Of a stretch of 64,000 nucleotides of DNA, positions 43,276 through 54,507 are shown piece after piece. Source of the stretch: an uncultured Fibrobacteria bacterium (lineage in GTDB: Bacteria; Fibrobacterota; Fibrobacteria; UBA11236); the NCBI GenBank assembly GCA_963716395.1, contig OY970309.1, positions 896,001 through 960,000 of the forward strand, written 5' to 3'. Position 1 is the stretch's first letter; every line of letters begins with the position of its first letter. The position numbers and the translations under genes are program-made. The notes beneath the pieces were generated by a model. The model was not told the origin of the DNA and ran no database searches. It saw only the letters and a list, made by a program, of their open reading frames with translations.

Positions 43276-44832
43276 AGCGCGATCGATGACCTGCATGTCT
43301 TCCGGGGCATACCCGGCTTCGCTGCCGTAGGTTCGGTAACGGGGAAAGGCGGCGATCACCTCGCGCAAGGCGTCGCGCAGGGCCTCCAAGGTGAAGTCAC
43401 GGCTGTTCCGGTCGGCCTCGGAGAGCCGATCCAATTGATTGGCCAAAACATTCAGATCGCTGGCCAGGGAGGTCGCCAGGATCAGGCGCTTGCAGCGGCG
43501 CACTTCTTCGGCGAAGGTTCCGTTCCACCCGGTGAAGCGGCGGTAAAAAGTCTCGAGCACCCGCACCCCTTTGGGGTTCACGAACAGGCCGTTGATATCA
43601 TTCAGGTATTCATAGCCGGTGGTTCCCTGCACGGGCCAGTCTGCGCGCAGCGATTCGCCGTCGGTAAGGATTTTCTCGACCACCACATAGGGCGGGGCGT
43701 CGGCCTGATCTTCCCCCACCGTGCCGGCCGAAATTTCCGGGACCGCCGCCGGCGAGGCCGCGGACAAGGCCGCGCGCAGCCAATGCAGGTATTCGGCGGG
43801 ATGGTACAGGCCGTCGATATGATCGAGACGGACGCCGGTAATCCGGTGGGCGCGAAAAAGTTCGATCAGTTTCTCATGGGTCGCCGCGAATGCCTCCGGA
43901 TTCTCCATACGCACCCCGAGCAGGCTATTGATGTCGAAGAAGCGGCGGTAATTGATTTCATGCCCGGCTGTCTTCCAAAAAGCCAGGCGATAGGTTTGCC
44001 TTTCGAGCAAATCGTGCAGCCGGTCAAAGCGGTCGTCGCCCTCTCCCCGCCCGTTGAAATCGGCGATGCGTTGCTCGACATAGGCGGCGACGGGCGGCGA
44101 GCGCTCCATCAACTCGGCCAGCCGCTTGCGCGCGACTTCTTTTTCCCGCTGGCGTTCGCGCACCAGAGCGGGGTCGGTCTCCAAATAGGTGGGCAGGTTG
44201 CGCAGCGAGGAGAGGATGCTCAAATACTCCATGCCCGCATCGCCGTCGGCATCAAAGGGCAGCCGGTCGATTTCACCGCCCAGACCCATGCCCAGGACCA
44301 GGGGCACCATGCGCGGATTGATGGGAAAACGGTTTTCCCAATAGCACAGCACCAGGGCGCCCGCTTCGATGCTCAGCCGCAGTTCGCCCCGATTGAGGAC
44401 GCGTCCATACTGGTCGCCCAGCACGGGCAGAAGAACCTTGCCTCTCAAGTCGGGTTTGATGGGCTCCCAATCGATGTCGAAAAAAGCGGCGAAGGGCGAA
44501 GACGGGCCGTTCTCAAGCACATCCCACCACCAGGGGTTGCTGGCGGGATCGGCGCCCATGTGATTGGGCACAAAATCGAGCAGGCATCCCAGGCCGTGGC
44601 TCCGCAGGGCTTGTGCCAGCCGTTCGAAGCCCGCTTCACCGCCCAGTTCCGGGTTTATGCGATGATGATCACAAATGTCATAGCCGTGCCGGCTGCCGGG
44701 TTTGGCCAGCAGAATGGGGCTCAAATACACCGCGCCGATCCCCAAATCGCGAAGGTACGCGATCAGGCCGTGCACGGCGTCGAAATCGAAGCCCTGATGA
44801 AGTTGCAGGCGATAGGTCGAATGGGGAATCAT
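41884..44832 (-). CDS. treY: malto-oligosyltrehalose synthase
   Basis: [51 protein letters not shown]. Confidence 0.95.
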   Translation of the reverse strand: MIPHSTYRLQLHQGFDFDAVHGLIAYLRDLGIGAVYLSPILLAKPGSRHGYDICDHHRINPELGGEAGFERLAQALRSHGLGCLLDFVPNHMGADPASNPWWWDVLENGPSSPFAAFFDIDWEPIKPDLRGKVLLPVLGDQYGRVLNRGELRLSIEAGALVLCYWENRFPINPRMVPLVLGMGLGGEIDRLPFDADGDAGMEYLSILSSLRNLPTYLETDPALVRERQREKEVARKRLAELMERSPPVAAYVEQRIADFNGRGEGDDRFDRLHDLLERQTYRLAFWKTAGHEINYRRFFDINSLLGVRMENPEAFAATHEKLIELFRAHRITGVRLDHIDGLYHPAEYLHWLRAALSAASPAAVPEISAGTVGEDQADAPPYVVVEKILTDGESLRADWPVQGTTGYEYLNDINGLFVNPKGVRVLETFYRRFTGWNGTFAEEVRRCKRLILATSLASDLNVLANQLDRLSEADRNSRDFTLEALRDALREVIAAFPRYRTYGSEAGYAPEDMQVIDRALQSAAQANPAMDDSIFTFLRAVLLPFEPLPAHAPGASIPQAARLAFANKFQQLTSPVQAKGVEDTAFYRRAVLLSRNEVGGDPDSTGPDAGAFHAQILSRQRHFPFGLIASATHDTKRGEDARARLNVVAEMPHEWKRMVSRLARFSPWLPARVKSAVRISKEDEYILLQSLVGCWPMEASGAPREPEADFSGRVLAFLVKAAREAKTHTSWINPNAEYENALRQHLEGLLFGRGRERFTAAFFPFVSTVARLGVLRSLGQVAIKCALPGVPDIYQGTENWDLSLVDPDNRRPVDFEARRARGSSLEALLQPEDPISDRREKTLALLSQWPSGAVKFYALARCLRWRQRFPDLFLRGAYLPLTSAGVAKAPWLAFGRARGEEFLIAVTRVLGPSQGEPYPHWLPTGDPESDRILLPPSLSPPRWSNLFTGTVFEVQSGVGGRGLDMQAVTQDFPIAWLIGCRD

Positions 44833-46748
44833 GCTTCGGCGATCCAGGCGCCGCCGCGCGGAAAACTCAGGGTGGGGGCGCCCTCCGCCCCGCGGCCGAC
44901 TTGAATGTCGCGGGGATTCGATTCAAAGGCCCTATCTTCCGACGTCAAAAGCGGCGTCCATTCCCGCTGTGCTGCGGGGGCCGGCGGAAGCTCAACGGCC
45001 ATCCCCTGCGGGCTCAGGCAAATCACCGCCAGCAGATGCCGATTCCCGGCCGAGCGGATCAAGACCAGGCCCTCCGCTCCGCGGGGCCGCACGTGAAAAT
45101 CCTTTTTATCCACCGAGTCCAGCGCGGGATGTGCGCCGCGAATTTGTAACAAGGCGCGATAAAATTCCAGCTGGCCGCGATGCGGGTCCTCGCCGCGTTC
45201 TTCCCATTGCAACCGGCTGCGCTGAAAAGTCGTTAGCGCTTGCGGATCGGGAATGGTGGCGCGGACTGCGGGATCTTGAAAGGCGGAAAACCCGGCGAAT
45301 TCCTTGCGACGCCCGGCCGTCACCAGCGGGCCCAAGGCGGCGGAATGATCCGTAAAGAATTGAAACGGCGAAGAGCAGGCCCATTCTTGCCCCATGAAGA
45401 GCAAGGGCGTTTCCGGAGCCAGGAGCAACAGCGCCGAGGCCGCGCGGTAGAGATCGGGAGCGATTTGCTGATGCAGCCTTTCACCGAAGGCCCGGTTGCC
45501 GATTTGATCGTGGTTTTGAATGCAGATCAGAAAGCGGCTGTAATCCAGTGGGTCGGGATTGCTGCCCTCCGACAAAGATCCTTCGGTTCGGCTGCCGTCG
45601 CGAAACCAACCGCGCGCCAAGGTTCGCGCGATGTGTTCCGCCGTTCCGTCGAAGTGGGCATAATAACCCTCATGGTCGCCGGCCAGATGACGGCGTAGGT
45701 GATGGTGAAAATCATCGGCCCAGACGCCGTCGAATCCCATGCCGACTTTTTCTATCGGTTGCGGAAAAGCGGCGGGATTGCGGTGATCTTCGGCATACAA
45801 CAGCAACTCCCGCTCCGGCGCAGCTTGCCGGGCGGTTTGCCGAGCGGTTTGCGTCAGCTCGGCCAGAATATGCGGGTGCGACGCATCGAGAATGGCGTGG
45901 GTGGCGTCGAAGCGCAACCCATCAAAGCGGTATTCCCCCATCCATTGCCGCACATTGGACGCATAAAAATCGCGCACGGCCCGGCTATCGATGCCGTCGA
46001 AATTCACGGCGGCTCCCCACGGGGTGGATTTTTCCGGGTTCAAATAATTTGAACTGTAGACTCCGGTGTAATTGCCGTCCGGCCCGAAATGGTTGTAGAC
46101 GACATCGAGAATCACGCCCAGCCCCCAGCCATGCGCCGCGTCGACGAGGCGGCACAAGGCTTCGGGCGTGCCGTAGCAACGCGCGGGCGCGAACAAAGCC
46201 ACGCCGTCATATCCCCAATTGCGCTCGCCGGGAAAATCGGCCACGGGCATAAGTTCGATGAGGGTTACGCCGAGGCGCTTCAGGTCTTCCAGCCTCGCGG
46301 CCGCCGCAGCGAACGTTCCTTCCGGAGTGAAGGTGCCCAGATGCAATTCATACACGCTGCGGCGGGCCGGCACGGGAAGGCGGGGGCGCGGATGTTGCCA
46401 GGCGAAACCAGACAAGTCGACGGCTTGCGAAAGGCCGTGCACCCCCTCGGGCTGAAAGCGTGAAGCGGGATCAGGAAATGGCCCGCGGCCGTCCACGATG
46501 AAGCCGTAGGTTTCGCCGGGCCGCATCCCCGGAAGGTGCAGGTTCCAATAGCCTTCTGCGTCTTTTTGCAGGGGGTAACGCGCAGCCTCCGCGCCGCGCA
46601 GCAGTTCGACCGATGCGACAGCCGGCGCCCAGAGGGAGAAAACCGCGGTTTTGTTCCCGTCTCGACTTTCCCAATGGCAGCCGGGCCGGCGTGGCGTCAT
46701 GCGCATTGCGGCCTCACGGATTTCGTTTCCATTCTTTGCCAATGCCAA
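44829..46748 (-). CDS. treZ: malto-oligosyltrehalose trehalohydrolase
   Basis: DPASRFQPEGVHG, YELHLGTFTPEG, NWGYDG, QNHDQIGNR; start uncertain (46706 alternative). Confidence 0.93.
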   Translation of the reverse strand: MALAKNGNEIREAAMRMTPRRPGCHWESRDGNKTAVFSLWAPAVASVELLRGAEAARYPLQKDAEGYWNLHLPGMRPGETYGFIVDGRGPFPDPASRFQPEGVHGLSQAVDLSGFAWQHPRPRLPVPARRSVYELHLGTFTPEGTFAAAAARLEDLKRLGVTLIELMPVADFPGERNWGYDGVALFAPARCYGTPEALCRLVDAAHGWGLGVILDVVYNHFGPDGNYTGVYSSNYLNPEKSTPWGAAVNFDGIDSRAVRDFYASNVRQWMGEYRFDGLRFDATHAILDASHPHILAELTQTARQTARQAAPERELLLYAEDHRNPAAFPQPIEKVGMGFDGVWADDFHHHLRRHLAGDHEGYYAHFDGTAEHIARTLARGWFRDGSRTEGSLSEGSNPDPLDYSRFLICIQNHDQIGNRAFGERLHQQIAPDLYRAASALLLLAPETPLLFMGQEWACSSPFQFFTDHSAALGPLVTAGRRKEFAGFSAFQDPAVRATIPDPQALTTFQRSRLQWEERGEDPHRGQLEFYRALLQIRGAHPALDSVDKKDFHVRPRGAEGLVLIRSAGNRHLLAVICLSPQGMAVELPPAPAAQREWTPLLTSEDRAFESNPRDIQVGRGAEGAPTLSFPRGGAWIAEA

Positions 46749-46751
46749 GGT

Positions 46752-48881
46752 CTATCCGATTTTCTTCACCAGGCGGAGTAGGGCGAAAGAACGTTCCTTG
46801 ATGTGATATTTGGCCCCGATGCGCAACTTCACCGCCGGGGTTTCCGCCGACCAGGTGTCGATTTCCCTTTGCCACGCCATTCCCGCGGGAGGGCGGGGCA
46901 ACGTGAAGGCATGGGGCAAATGCTTGGCATTAAAGATCATCAGAAAGGAGTCGCCGACGATGCGATTGCCTTCTGCATCGATCTCTTTCATGGCATGCCC
47001 GACCAGCCATGTTCCCAGGCACAAGACATGCGGCGCCGACCAGTCCTTGTCCGTCATCTCCCGGCCGCTGGGGTGATACCAAAGAATGTCATGGACGCCT
47101 TCGCCGCGAATGGCGCGTCCTTGAAAAAACCGGCGGCGTTGGAAGACGGGGTTGGCGCGCCAGATTTCCGTGAGCTTGAGAGTGAAGCGAAACAACTCTT
47201 CCTGATGCCGATCCCACTCCCAATTCACATAGGAAATGACGTTGTCCTGGCAATAGGCGTTGTTGTTGCCGCCTTGGGTGCGCCCCATCTCATCGCCCTG
47301 CGAGATCATGGGCACGCCTTCGGAGAGCAGCAGGGTCGCGAGGATGTTCCGCTTTTGCCGTTCGCGCAGGGCGATGATTTCGGGAACGTCGGTGGGGCCT
47401 TCCGCGCCGCAATTCCAGGAATTGTTGTGGCTCTCTCCGTCCTGGCCGTTTTCACGGTTGGCCTGGTTGTGCTTTTCGTTATAGCTCACCAAATCATGCA
47501 AGGTGAATCCGTCGTGGGCGGTGACGAAATTGATACTGGCATAGGGCCGCCGGCCGCTGGCTTCGTACAAATCGCTGCTGCCCGTGATGCGGGTGGCGAA
47601 TTCCGCGGCGGTCCCGCCGTCGCCTTTCCAGAAGCGGCGCACGCAATCGCGGAATTTGCCGTTCCACTCGGTCCAACCGATGGGAAAATTACCGACCTGA
47701 TAGCCGCCCTCGCCCAAATCCCAGGGCTCGGCGATCAGCTTCACCTGGGACAGCACGGGATCCTGGTGGATGATGTCGAAGAAGGCGCCGAGTTTGTCGA
47801 CTTCGTGCAATTCGCGAGCCAACACCGTCGCCAAATCGAAACGGAATCCGTCGACATGCATTTCCAACACCCAATAGCGCAGGCTGTCCATGATCAATTG
47901 CAGAACATGCGGGTGGCGCATGTTCAAGGTATTGCCGCAGCCGGTGTAATCCATGTAATAGCGAGGCGACCCGTTCACGGTCCGGTAATAGGCCGTATTG
48001 TCGATGCCGCGCAACGACAGCGTCGGGCCGAGATGGTTGCCCTCGGCGGTATGGTTGTAGACGACGTCGAGAATGACCTCGATGCCGGCCAAGTGCATGG
48101 CGCGCACCATGGTCTTGAACTCGCGCACGGTGTCGTTGGGCGAAAGGCCGCGCGCGTAGCGGGGATCGGGCGCGAAAAAGGAGAGGGAATTGTAGCCCCA
48201 ATAATTCGACAGTCCCTTTTCCGTCAGATACCGGTCATTGGAGTGGAAGTGCACCGGCATCAATTCGACGGCCGTAACACCCAGGTTCCGCAAATGATCG
48301 ATGGCGGCCTCGGTCGCCAGGCCCGCATAGGTGCCGCGGCTGCCTGCGGGGATGCGCGCCTGCAAGCGCGTGAAGCCTTTGACATGCAGTTCATAGATGA
48401 AAGTTTTATGCCAGGGGGTGTTGGGCGGCCGGTCGTCGCCCCAGGTAAAGGCGGTTTCCACCACCGCGGCCAAGGGCACTTCGGACGCATTGTCGCGGGT
48501 GTCGAAGGAGAGGTCGGCGGCCTCGTCGCCGATGCGGTAGCCGAACATGGCGTCCGACCAATCGATGACCCGGCCGATGGCTTTGGCGTAGGGATCGAGC
48601 AGCACCTTGTTGTTGTTGAAGCGCAAACCTTGCAGCGGATCATACGGCCCGTCCACACGAAAGCCGTACAACTGTCCGGGTTGAAGGCCGGTCACATAGA
48701 CATGCCAAACCTGGTCGGTGGATTCTTCGATGGGAATGCGGAGCGCCTCGGATTCGGACTCCGCCGCGTCGAACAGACAGAGTTCCACGCGGGTGGCATG
48801 CTCCGAAAACAACGAGAAATTCACGCCATGCCCGTCCCACGTGGCTCCCAGGGGATAAGGTTTTCCGGGTTTGATTTTCAT
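46752..48881 (-). CDS. glgX: glycogen debranching enzyme
   Basis: PYPLGATWDG, NYWGYN, DGFRFDLA, AHDGFTL, GNNNAYCQDN. Confidence 0.96.
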   Translation of the reverse strand: MKIKPGKPYPLGATWDGHGVNFSLFSEHATRVELCLFDAAESESEALRIPIEESTDQVWHVYVTGLQPGQLYGFRVDGPYDPLQGLRFNNNKVLLDPYAKAIGRVIDWSDAMFGYRIGDEAADLSFDTRDNASEVPLAAVVETAFTWGDDRPPNTPWHKTFIYELHVKGFTRLQARIPAGSRGTYAGLATEAAIDHLRNLGVTAVELMPVHFHSNDRYLTEKGLSNYWGYNSLSFFAPDPRYARGLSPNDTVREFKTMVRAMHLAGIEVILDVVYNHTAEGNHLGPTLSLRGIDNTAYYRTVNGSPRYYMDYTGCGNTLNMRHPHVLQLIMDSLRYWVLEMHVDGFRFDLATVLARELHEVDKLGAFFDIIHQDPVLSQVKLIAEPWDLGEGGYQVGNFPIGWTEWNGKFRDCVRRFWKGDGGTAAEFATRITGSSDLYEASGRRPYASINFVTAHDGFTLHDLVSYNEKHNQANRENGQDGESHNNSWNCGAEGPTDVPEIIALRERQKRNILATLLLSEGVPMISQGDEMGRTQGGNNNAYCQDNVISYVNWEWDRHQEELFRFTLKLTEIWRANPVFQRRRFFQGRAIRGEGVHDILWYHPSGREMTDKDWSAPHVLCLGTWLVGHAMKEIDAEGNRIVGDSFLMIFNAKHLPHAFTLPRPPAGMAWQREIDTWSAETPAVKLRIGAKYHIKERSFALLRLVKKIG

Positions 48882-49056
48882 GCTGTGGTCCGTAGGATGC
48901 GCGAAAAACTGCTCCGGATTGAATCCGGCCTTTGGAAGTATAAAACCCGCGCCGGATTCGGAAAAAGGGTCGGCGCCATCCTGGGGCATTTAGGCATTTT
49001 CGGCCCGTTCGCCGTTCGGCCTGCGGGGACCGGGCGGGTGCGAGCCCTTTCCGCCT

Positions 49057-50049
49057 TCAAGCCGCCGCATGCGGCGCCGAGCCTCGAAGCGCGGCCGCGC
49101 GGCCCATGCCGGCGCGCAGGAAAATCCAGCCGCCGAAAGCCGCGGCCGGAGACAGCACCAGGCGCATCCACAGCGAAGCCGCGACCCCGGCCTCGGGGCG
49201 AAAGCCGAAAAAGACGAATCCCGCGGCAAAGGCCCCCTCCGTTACTCCCAGGTTACCCACGGTGAGAGGCGCCAGGGTCGAAAGCGTGCCCAAGAGCATG
49301 ATGGGCGAGGCCTGCCACACCGAAACCGCGACCCCCGCCGCCCGCCCCGCGGCCAAGGTCAAGGCCACCAAGGTGACCTGCATCATTGCCGCCCGCACCA
49401 GCAGGCCCAGGCGCCGGCGGCCATCGCCCCAGATCTCTTTTCCCGCGGCCTGGAACTCCTGGGCGTCGCGGCCCGAACCCGGCAAATCGCGGCCGCCCAG
49501 GCGGCGCATCCAACCCGCCAAGGAAGGCAGGAGGCGCCGCAGAATCCAAGGTAACGCGAAGGTTCCCACCGCCGCCAACGCCGCACCCGCGGCCAGCATG
49601 CGCAAGGTTCCCCGCGCCGACACACCCAGCAGCACGGCCAACGAAACCAAGGTCGCCGTCCATTGCACGTAAAAGCCGCTGAGGCGATCGAGCCAGACCG
49701 CAGCCGCCGAACGGCCCACGCTGCCGGTATGGGGCGTCATCCAGAGTACGCGCAGGGCTTCGCCGCCCAGCCCGCCGGGCAGAAATTGATTGGCGAACAC
49801 CTTGACGCAATTGATGCGCAGTTGCAGCCGCACCGTGGTGCGGCCCGCCGTAAGCCAGGCGGTTTTCCAGGAAGAGACGAGCAGTTCGGCGGCAAAGGCC
49901 AGGGCCGCGGCCGCCACCCACACCGGCGAAGCCGATCGCAGCACGTGCGCGAGCTCGCGATGATCCAGGGGCAGCCACAAGAGCGGCACCACCAGCAAGG
50001 TCAACAGAATCCGCGCCGCGCGGCGCACGGTGACGCGGCTCGTCTTCAT
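49057..50049 (-). CDS. lysylphosphatidylglycerol-synthase TM/flippase-like membrane protein
   Basis: NQFLPGGLGGEALR, PLTVGNLGVTE. Confidence 0.8.
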   Translation of the reverse strand: MKTSRVTVRRAARILLTLLVVPLLWLPLDHRELAHVLRSASPVWVAAAALAFAAELLVSSWKTAWLTAGRTTVRLQLRINCVKVFANQFLPGGLGGEALRVLWMTPHTGSVGRSAAAVWLDRLSGFYVQWTATLVSLAVLLGVSARGTLRMLAAGAALAAVGTFALPWILRRLLPSLAGWMRRLGGRDLPGSGRDAQEFQAAGKEIWGDGRRRLGLLVRAAMMQVTLVALTLAAGRAAGVAVSVWQASPIMLLGTLSTLAPLTVGNLGVTEGAFAAGFVFFGFRPEAGVAASLWMRLVLSPAAAFGGWIFLRAGMGRAAALRGSAPHAAA

Positions 50050-51032
50050 GGGGGCGCGGATTGCGGCGCCAGCGCACGCGCGGCTTCGATCAAGGTGGCA
50101 GCCTGATACCCATGTTCCAGAGCCCAGCGGCCGATGCCTTCAAGACGGGCGAAGAACGCATCGCATTCCGCGGCGTCGCTGGTATAGGGCGATGCCCCCG
50201 GCCAGAATTCATTCGAATGACACATGGCCTGCAGATAGCCGGCCGGCGCCAGGGAGGCCCCTACGCGGCGCATGGCGTTCAAACTGCTGAAGGCCGGACG
50301 CAGCCACACCGGCGCGTCGGGCCGCATCTGCCGCCAGATCGACACCAGCGGCATGCGCCGCGAATATAAAGGCATCGTCGAGAGCGAAGCCAACTTGCCG
50401 GTTTCGAGCCAGCGCGGCAGGCGCCGCGGCGCGTAAATGGAAACCGGAATCTCCACCAGCGGCGTGTCGCCCGGTTCGCAGGGATCGGATTCGCTCAGCG
50501 CATAGATCCGCGCCGGCGCACGCAAATACGAAGGCCGGGCGTTCGCCAGCCAGGAAATTCCGGGCGTCACGGTTGAATCGACAACGTAACCGTGTGCGCG
50601 CAAGAGGCCCAAGACACGCGCATCCAAAGTCCAGGCGCCGCCGCGAAAACTGCGGGGCGGCCCATAGTGATGCGTCAGGATTTCGTGCAAGCGGGCGAAC
50701 TTTTCCGGCAGCACGTCGTCGGGAACGCGCGCCAGATTGTCGCGGGCCACTGCATCCCAAGGTCCGAACGGCGGCGTGTCGGCGGGATGGAAATGCGCGC
50801 CGATTTCACTGCGCGCCTCCAACCCCGTCTCCGCCAGCAAACGCCGGAATTCGGGGTGGGCGGCCACCGAATAGGTCACGAGCAAGGTCGGCCGCAACTC
50901 CAGGACGCGGGCCACTTCCGCGAAACGTCGCAGCCCTTGCAAGCTCTCGAAGTGGAAGGGAACGCGATGCGACAGGCCTTGCCAGGCCACGTCGTCGGGC
51001 TCGGCGTCCACGGTGAGGAGAAACGGCCGCAT
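50046..51032 (-). CDS. polysaccharide deacetylase family protein
   Basis: TVDAE, EIGAHFHP, SFRGG, DSTVTP, EIPVS. Confidence 0.75.
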   Translation of the reverse strand: MRPFLLTVDAEPDDVAWQGLSHRVPFHFESLQGLRRFAEVARVLELRPTLLVTYSVAAHPEFRRLLAETGLEARSEIGAHFHPADTPPFGPWDAVARDNLARVPDDVLPEKFARLHEILTHHYGPPRSFRGGAWTLDARVLGLLRAHGYVVDSTVTPGISWLANARPSYLRAPARIYALSESDPCEPGDTPLVEIPVSIYAPRRLPRWLETGKLASLSTMPLYSRRMPLVSIWRQMRPDAPVWLRPAFSSLNAMRRVGASLAPAGYLQAMCHSNEFWPGASPYTSDAAECDAFFARLEGIGRWALEHGYQAATLIEAARALAPQSAPP

Positions 51033-51041
51033 GCGCGCGCT

Positions 51042-51878
51042 TCAATTCCGCAGGCGGATGGCTTCGGCCAGCATGCCGATGGCGAACAGGATGAAGGCGT
51101 TGGTGAGCAGCAGCAAGGTGCCCTGCGCCAAATCGGCGGCGATCAAATCGCGCACCAGAAAACCCAGGCCGAACAAGGCCATGACGCCGCAGGCGGGCAA
51201 AAAGAACTTCAGCGGGTTGAAGAGCACCATGGTGCGCAAAAGCAGCAAGGTGAAATTGAACAGCGCCGACACTGGTTTGATTTTCGAGACCCCGGTGCGC
51301 CGGGCATAGGCGACAGGGAGGTACCGCACGCGATACATGGCGTACAGCGCGCCCACCGTGATGGTGCTGGTCAGCGAAAAACCGTTGGGTAAAAGATGGA
51401 GAAGGCGCAGGGCCAGGTCGCGGCGAAAAACGCGCAGGCCCGAGTTGATGTCGGGGATGGGATAGTCCACGGCATAGGAAGCCGTGGATTGCAGAAATCC
51501 CTTGGCCAGACGCCGCAGACCACGCTCGCGTGGTCGCTGGCCCACGGCCATGTCGCATTCGCCCAGATGCGCGCACAGGCGGGGAATGTCTTCGGGATCA
51601 TAGGTGCCGTCGGCGTCGATGATGGCCAGATAGTCGGAAGTACTGTGCAGAATGCCGGTTTTGATGGCCCCGCCGTAGCCGCGGTTGCGGTCCAGCGAAA
51701 TCACTTCGGCGCCGAGGTCGCGCAGCACCGCGTCGGACCCGTCGGTAGAGGCGTCGTTGACATATAAAATCCGGCATGGCTGGATGTCACAGTGCGTCAA
51801 GGCCGCCTGCAGGCGCGCATGAAAATCGGGCAGCGCCGCGCGCTCGTTATACACGGGCACGATCACGGTGAGGCTCAT
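51042..51878 (-). CDS. GT2 glycosyltransferase
   Basis: VIVPVYNE, NDASTDGS, NRGYGGA, DADGTY. Confidence 0.9.
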   Translation of the reverse strand: MSLTVIVPVYNERAALPDFHARLQAALTHCDIQPCRILYVNDASTDGSDAVLRDLGAEVISLDRNRGYGGAIKTGILHSTSDYLAIIDADGTYDPEDIPRLCAHLGECDMAVGQRPRERGLRRLAKGFLQSTASYAVDYPIPDINSGLRVFRRDLALRLLHLLPNGFSLTSTITVGALYAMYRVRYLPVAYARRTGVSKIKPVSALFNFTLLLLRTMVLFNPLKFFLPACGVMALFGLGFLVRDLIAADLAQGTLLLLTNAFILFAIGMLAEAIRLRN

Positions 51879-53038
51879 GCCGCGGCTCCGGCCGCAACCG
51901 GCATTCCCGACACCCCGAAGGCGCGCCAAGCCTCCAGCGCGCACTCCGCGTTGCGCGCCGGCGTGAAGGCGGCGGCGTCGCGGCGCGCCTGGTCGCCGAG
52001 GCGGCGGCGCAGGTCCGGGTCGATCCACAGACGAAGCATGGCGTGGGCCAAGGCCCCGGGGTCGCCCGGGCGCACCAGAATTCCATTGGATTCGTGGCCC
52101 ACGAACTCGCGCACGCCGGGAACGTCGCCGGCCACAGCCGGCACGCCGAAGCGGGCCGCCTCCAACAGCAAGGTCGAAAAGCCTTCAATGCGCGAGGTGA
52201 GCACGACGGCATACGCGCCGCCCAGGGCTTCGACCATCAAGTCGGCGGCCAGCGGCGGCTCCAGCGCCAAAACATCCGCCAGCGGACTCGACACGCGCAA
52301 TACGGATCGGCGCAGCGAACCGTCTCCCGCCATGCGCACCCGGGGAGGGGGCGAAGTCAAATTTTTAAGAATTGCGACGGATTGAACAAATAACAACGGC
52401 GCTTTGACCGGTTCCAGCCTTCCGGCCCACAAAAAATACGGCGCCGAAGGCGCGGCGGCGGGAAACCGGGACGCCATCTCTTCCGCCGGACAGGGAGGCA
52501 GAATGCGCGGATGCGGCGGCCTTCCGGCTTTTTCGGCCATGGTCAGTAAATCCTGAGACACAAAAAAATTTCCCTGCGTGCCGCGGAACAGCCAACGCAA
52601 ATACCACCGTATCGGCCCGTTGGGGCCGTTCGCTTTTCCGCCGTGCACGTCGGAGCCATGGTACCACACCCAATGCGGCACATCCCAGCGCCGGCTGAGA
52701 CGAACGCCCGCCCATCCCGCGGGAAAGGCCATGGCCGAAAAGACGGCGGCCGGCGGATGCCGTACCCGCCGGCATTGGATCTGCACGGCCGCTGCATAGC
52801 GCAGCAGCCGCAGTGAATTGGTTTCAAACATGGCGCGCCGCCCGAGGTCGAAACGAAGGACGGGAAAAGGAAACTCCGGAGCGGATACGCCCGCCGGAGT
52901 GGCAGCCGTCCAAATTTCAAAGCGCAATCCCCGACGCCAAAGCTCGCAACATAAAGAATACAGGTTACGACCGCACCCTCCGCCCACGGGCGGAAATTCG
53001 TGGCATAACATCAAAAGCCAAGGCGCGCTGGCGGACAT
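51875..53038 (-). CDS. GT4 glycosyltransferase
   Basis: HEFPPVGGG, AGRLEPVK, EGFSTLLLEA. Confidence 0.88.
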   Translation of the reverse strand: MSASAPWLLMLCHEFPPVGGGCGRNLYSLCCELWRRGLRFEIWTAATPAGVSAPEFPFPVLRFDLGRRAMFETNSLRLLRYAAAVQIQCRRVRHPPAAVFSAMAFPAGWAGVRLSRRWDVPHWVWYHGSDVHGGKANGPNGPIRWYLRWLFRGTQGNFFVSQDLLTMAEKAGRPPHPRILPPCPAEEMASRFPAAAPSAPYFLWAGRLEPVKAPLLFVQSVAILKNLTSPPPRVRMAGDGSLRRSVLRVSSPLADVLALEPPLAADLMVEALGGAYAVVLTSRIEGFSTLLLEAARFGVPAVAGDVPGVREFVGHESNGILVRPGDPGALAHAMLRLWIDPDLRRRLGDQARRDAAAFTPARNAECALEAWRAFGVSGMPVAAGAAA

Positions 53039-53133
53039 GCGACTTATTTTCGCATTTTCCCAGCGGACAAACCGAAATCGCCGGGTTCGCACCAGCCGGA
53101 GTCCATGACGGCTTCTATTTTTGCCCCTTCATC

Positions 53134-54501
53134 ATGCGCCTCGCATCGCTCAGCCTCCCCCGCAAAGCCACCCTTCTGTCGGCACTCACCGCCTTGGGTC
53201 TGGTGGCGGGAAAGTTCGCGGTGGGATGGTTTTCGGGCTCCGTAGCCGTGTTGGCTTCGGCGGCCGATTCCTTTCTCGATTTTATGGTTTCGACCTTCAA
53301 TGCCGTGGCCGTGCGCAGTGCGGAAAAACCCGGCGACGAAATGTACAACTACGGCCGGGGCAAGATGGAAGGCCTGGCCGCGGCGCTGGAAGGCCTTTGC
53401 ATTCTCGCTTCGGCGGCCTGGATCGCGCGCGAAGCCTTTATAAAACTGTTGCATCCCCGCCCCCTGTCGCCCGCGGGCCTGGGCTGGGCCATGGCCGCCA
53501 TGGCGGTTTCGCTGGCGATTACCATGGCGCTGGTGATCTATTTACAGCGCGTCTCGCGCGCTAGCGGCAACCTGGTGATCGAAGCCGACGCCCTGCATTA
53601 CCGCACCGATTTGGTTTCCAACGCCGCCGTGTTGGGAGCCATGCTCGCCATCCGTTTCACCGGCTTGAATGCCATCGATCCCCTGCTGGCCCTGGCGGTG
53701 GCCGTCTACATCGCCCAGGCTTCCCTGCCGCTTTTGCGCAAGGGGCTCAATATGCTGCTCGATCGCGCCTTGCCCGATCCCCTGGTGCTGCGCATTCGCG
53801 AAACGGCGGCCCGCCATTCGCCCCTGGTGAACGGCGTGCACGAACTCAAAACCCGCCGCTCCGGCGAAACCAACTTCGTCGAATTCCATCTGGTTTTCGA
53901 CGAACAGATCGCCCTGGGCCTGGCCCATCGCATCGCCGACGAAATCGAAATGCGCATTCGCGAATTGGATCGCGCGACCTGGGTGATCAATATCCATCTC
54001 GACCCGGTCGACGACTCCAAACGCGATCAGCGGCTGTCGGCCCCCCGGCCTTCTTCGGGCTTGTTGCTGTTCGTCCTCCTGTTGGGAGCGGCGGCCGTGG
54101 CGCACGCCGGAGCGGCGACCACGCCCGTGGGCCGCTGGAAAACCTTCGACGACAAAACCGGTTTGGCCAAATCCATCGTATCGATTTATTCCGTCGACGG
54201 CGCGCTGGCCATCCGCGTCGATTCGCTGCTCCCCCCGCCTGGCCGGGGGGCCGACCAGAATAAACTTTGTGATCGCTGTCCGGGCGAACGCAAAAACCAG
54301 CGCATCCGGGGCATGGTGGTGGGCTGGGGCCTGCGTCCCGACGGCAATACCTGGGATGGTGGGCGTATTCTCGATCCGACGAACGGAAAAATCTACCGCT
54401 GCCTTCTGCGCCTGGGGCCGGCCGGACGCACCTTGCTGGTCCGCGGCTATTTGGGAATTTCGCTGCTGGGCCGCTCGCAAACCTGGCAACGGATCGAGTA
54501 A
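53134..54501 (+). CDS. FieF-like cation diffusion facilitator fused to a DUF2147-like exported domain
   Basis: SAADSFLD, YGRGKME, ADALHYRTD, IHLDP; then signal-like LLLFVLLLGAAAVAHA and GRWKTFDD..GRILDPTNGKIY..GRSQTWQR. Confidence 0.8.
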   Translation: MRLASLSLPRKATLLSALTALGLVAGKFAVGWFSGSVAVLASAADSFLDFMVSTFNAVAVRSAEKPGDEMYNYGRGKMEGLAAALEGLCILASAAWIAREAFIKLLHPRPLSPAGLGWAMAAMAVSLAITMALVIYLQRVSRASGNLVIEADALHYRTDLVSNAAVLGAMLAIRFTGLNAIDPLLALAVAVYIAQASLPLLRKGLNMLLDRALPDPLVLRIRETAARHSPLVNGVHELKTRRSGETNFVEFHLVFDEQIALGLAHRIADEIEMRIRELDRATWVINIHLDPVDDSKRDQRLSAPRPSSGLLLFVLLLGAAAVAHAGAATTPVGRWKTFDDKTGLAKSIVSIYSVDGALAIRVDSLLPPPGRGADQNKLCDRCPGERKNQRIRGMVVGWGLRPDGNTWDGGRILDPTNGKIYRCLLRLGPAGRTLLVRGYLGISLLGRSQTWQRIE

Positions 54502-54507
54502 AGCGGG

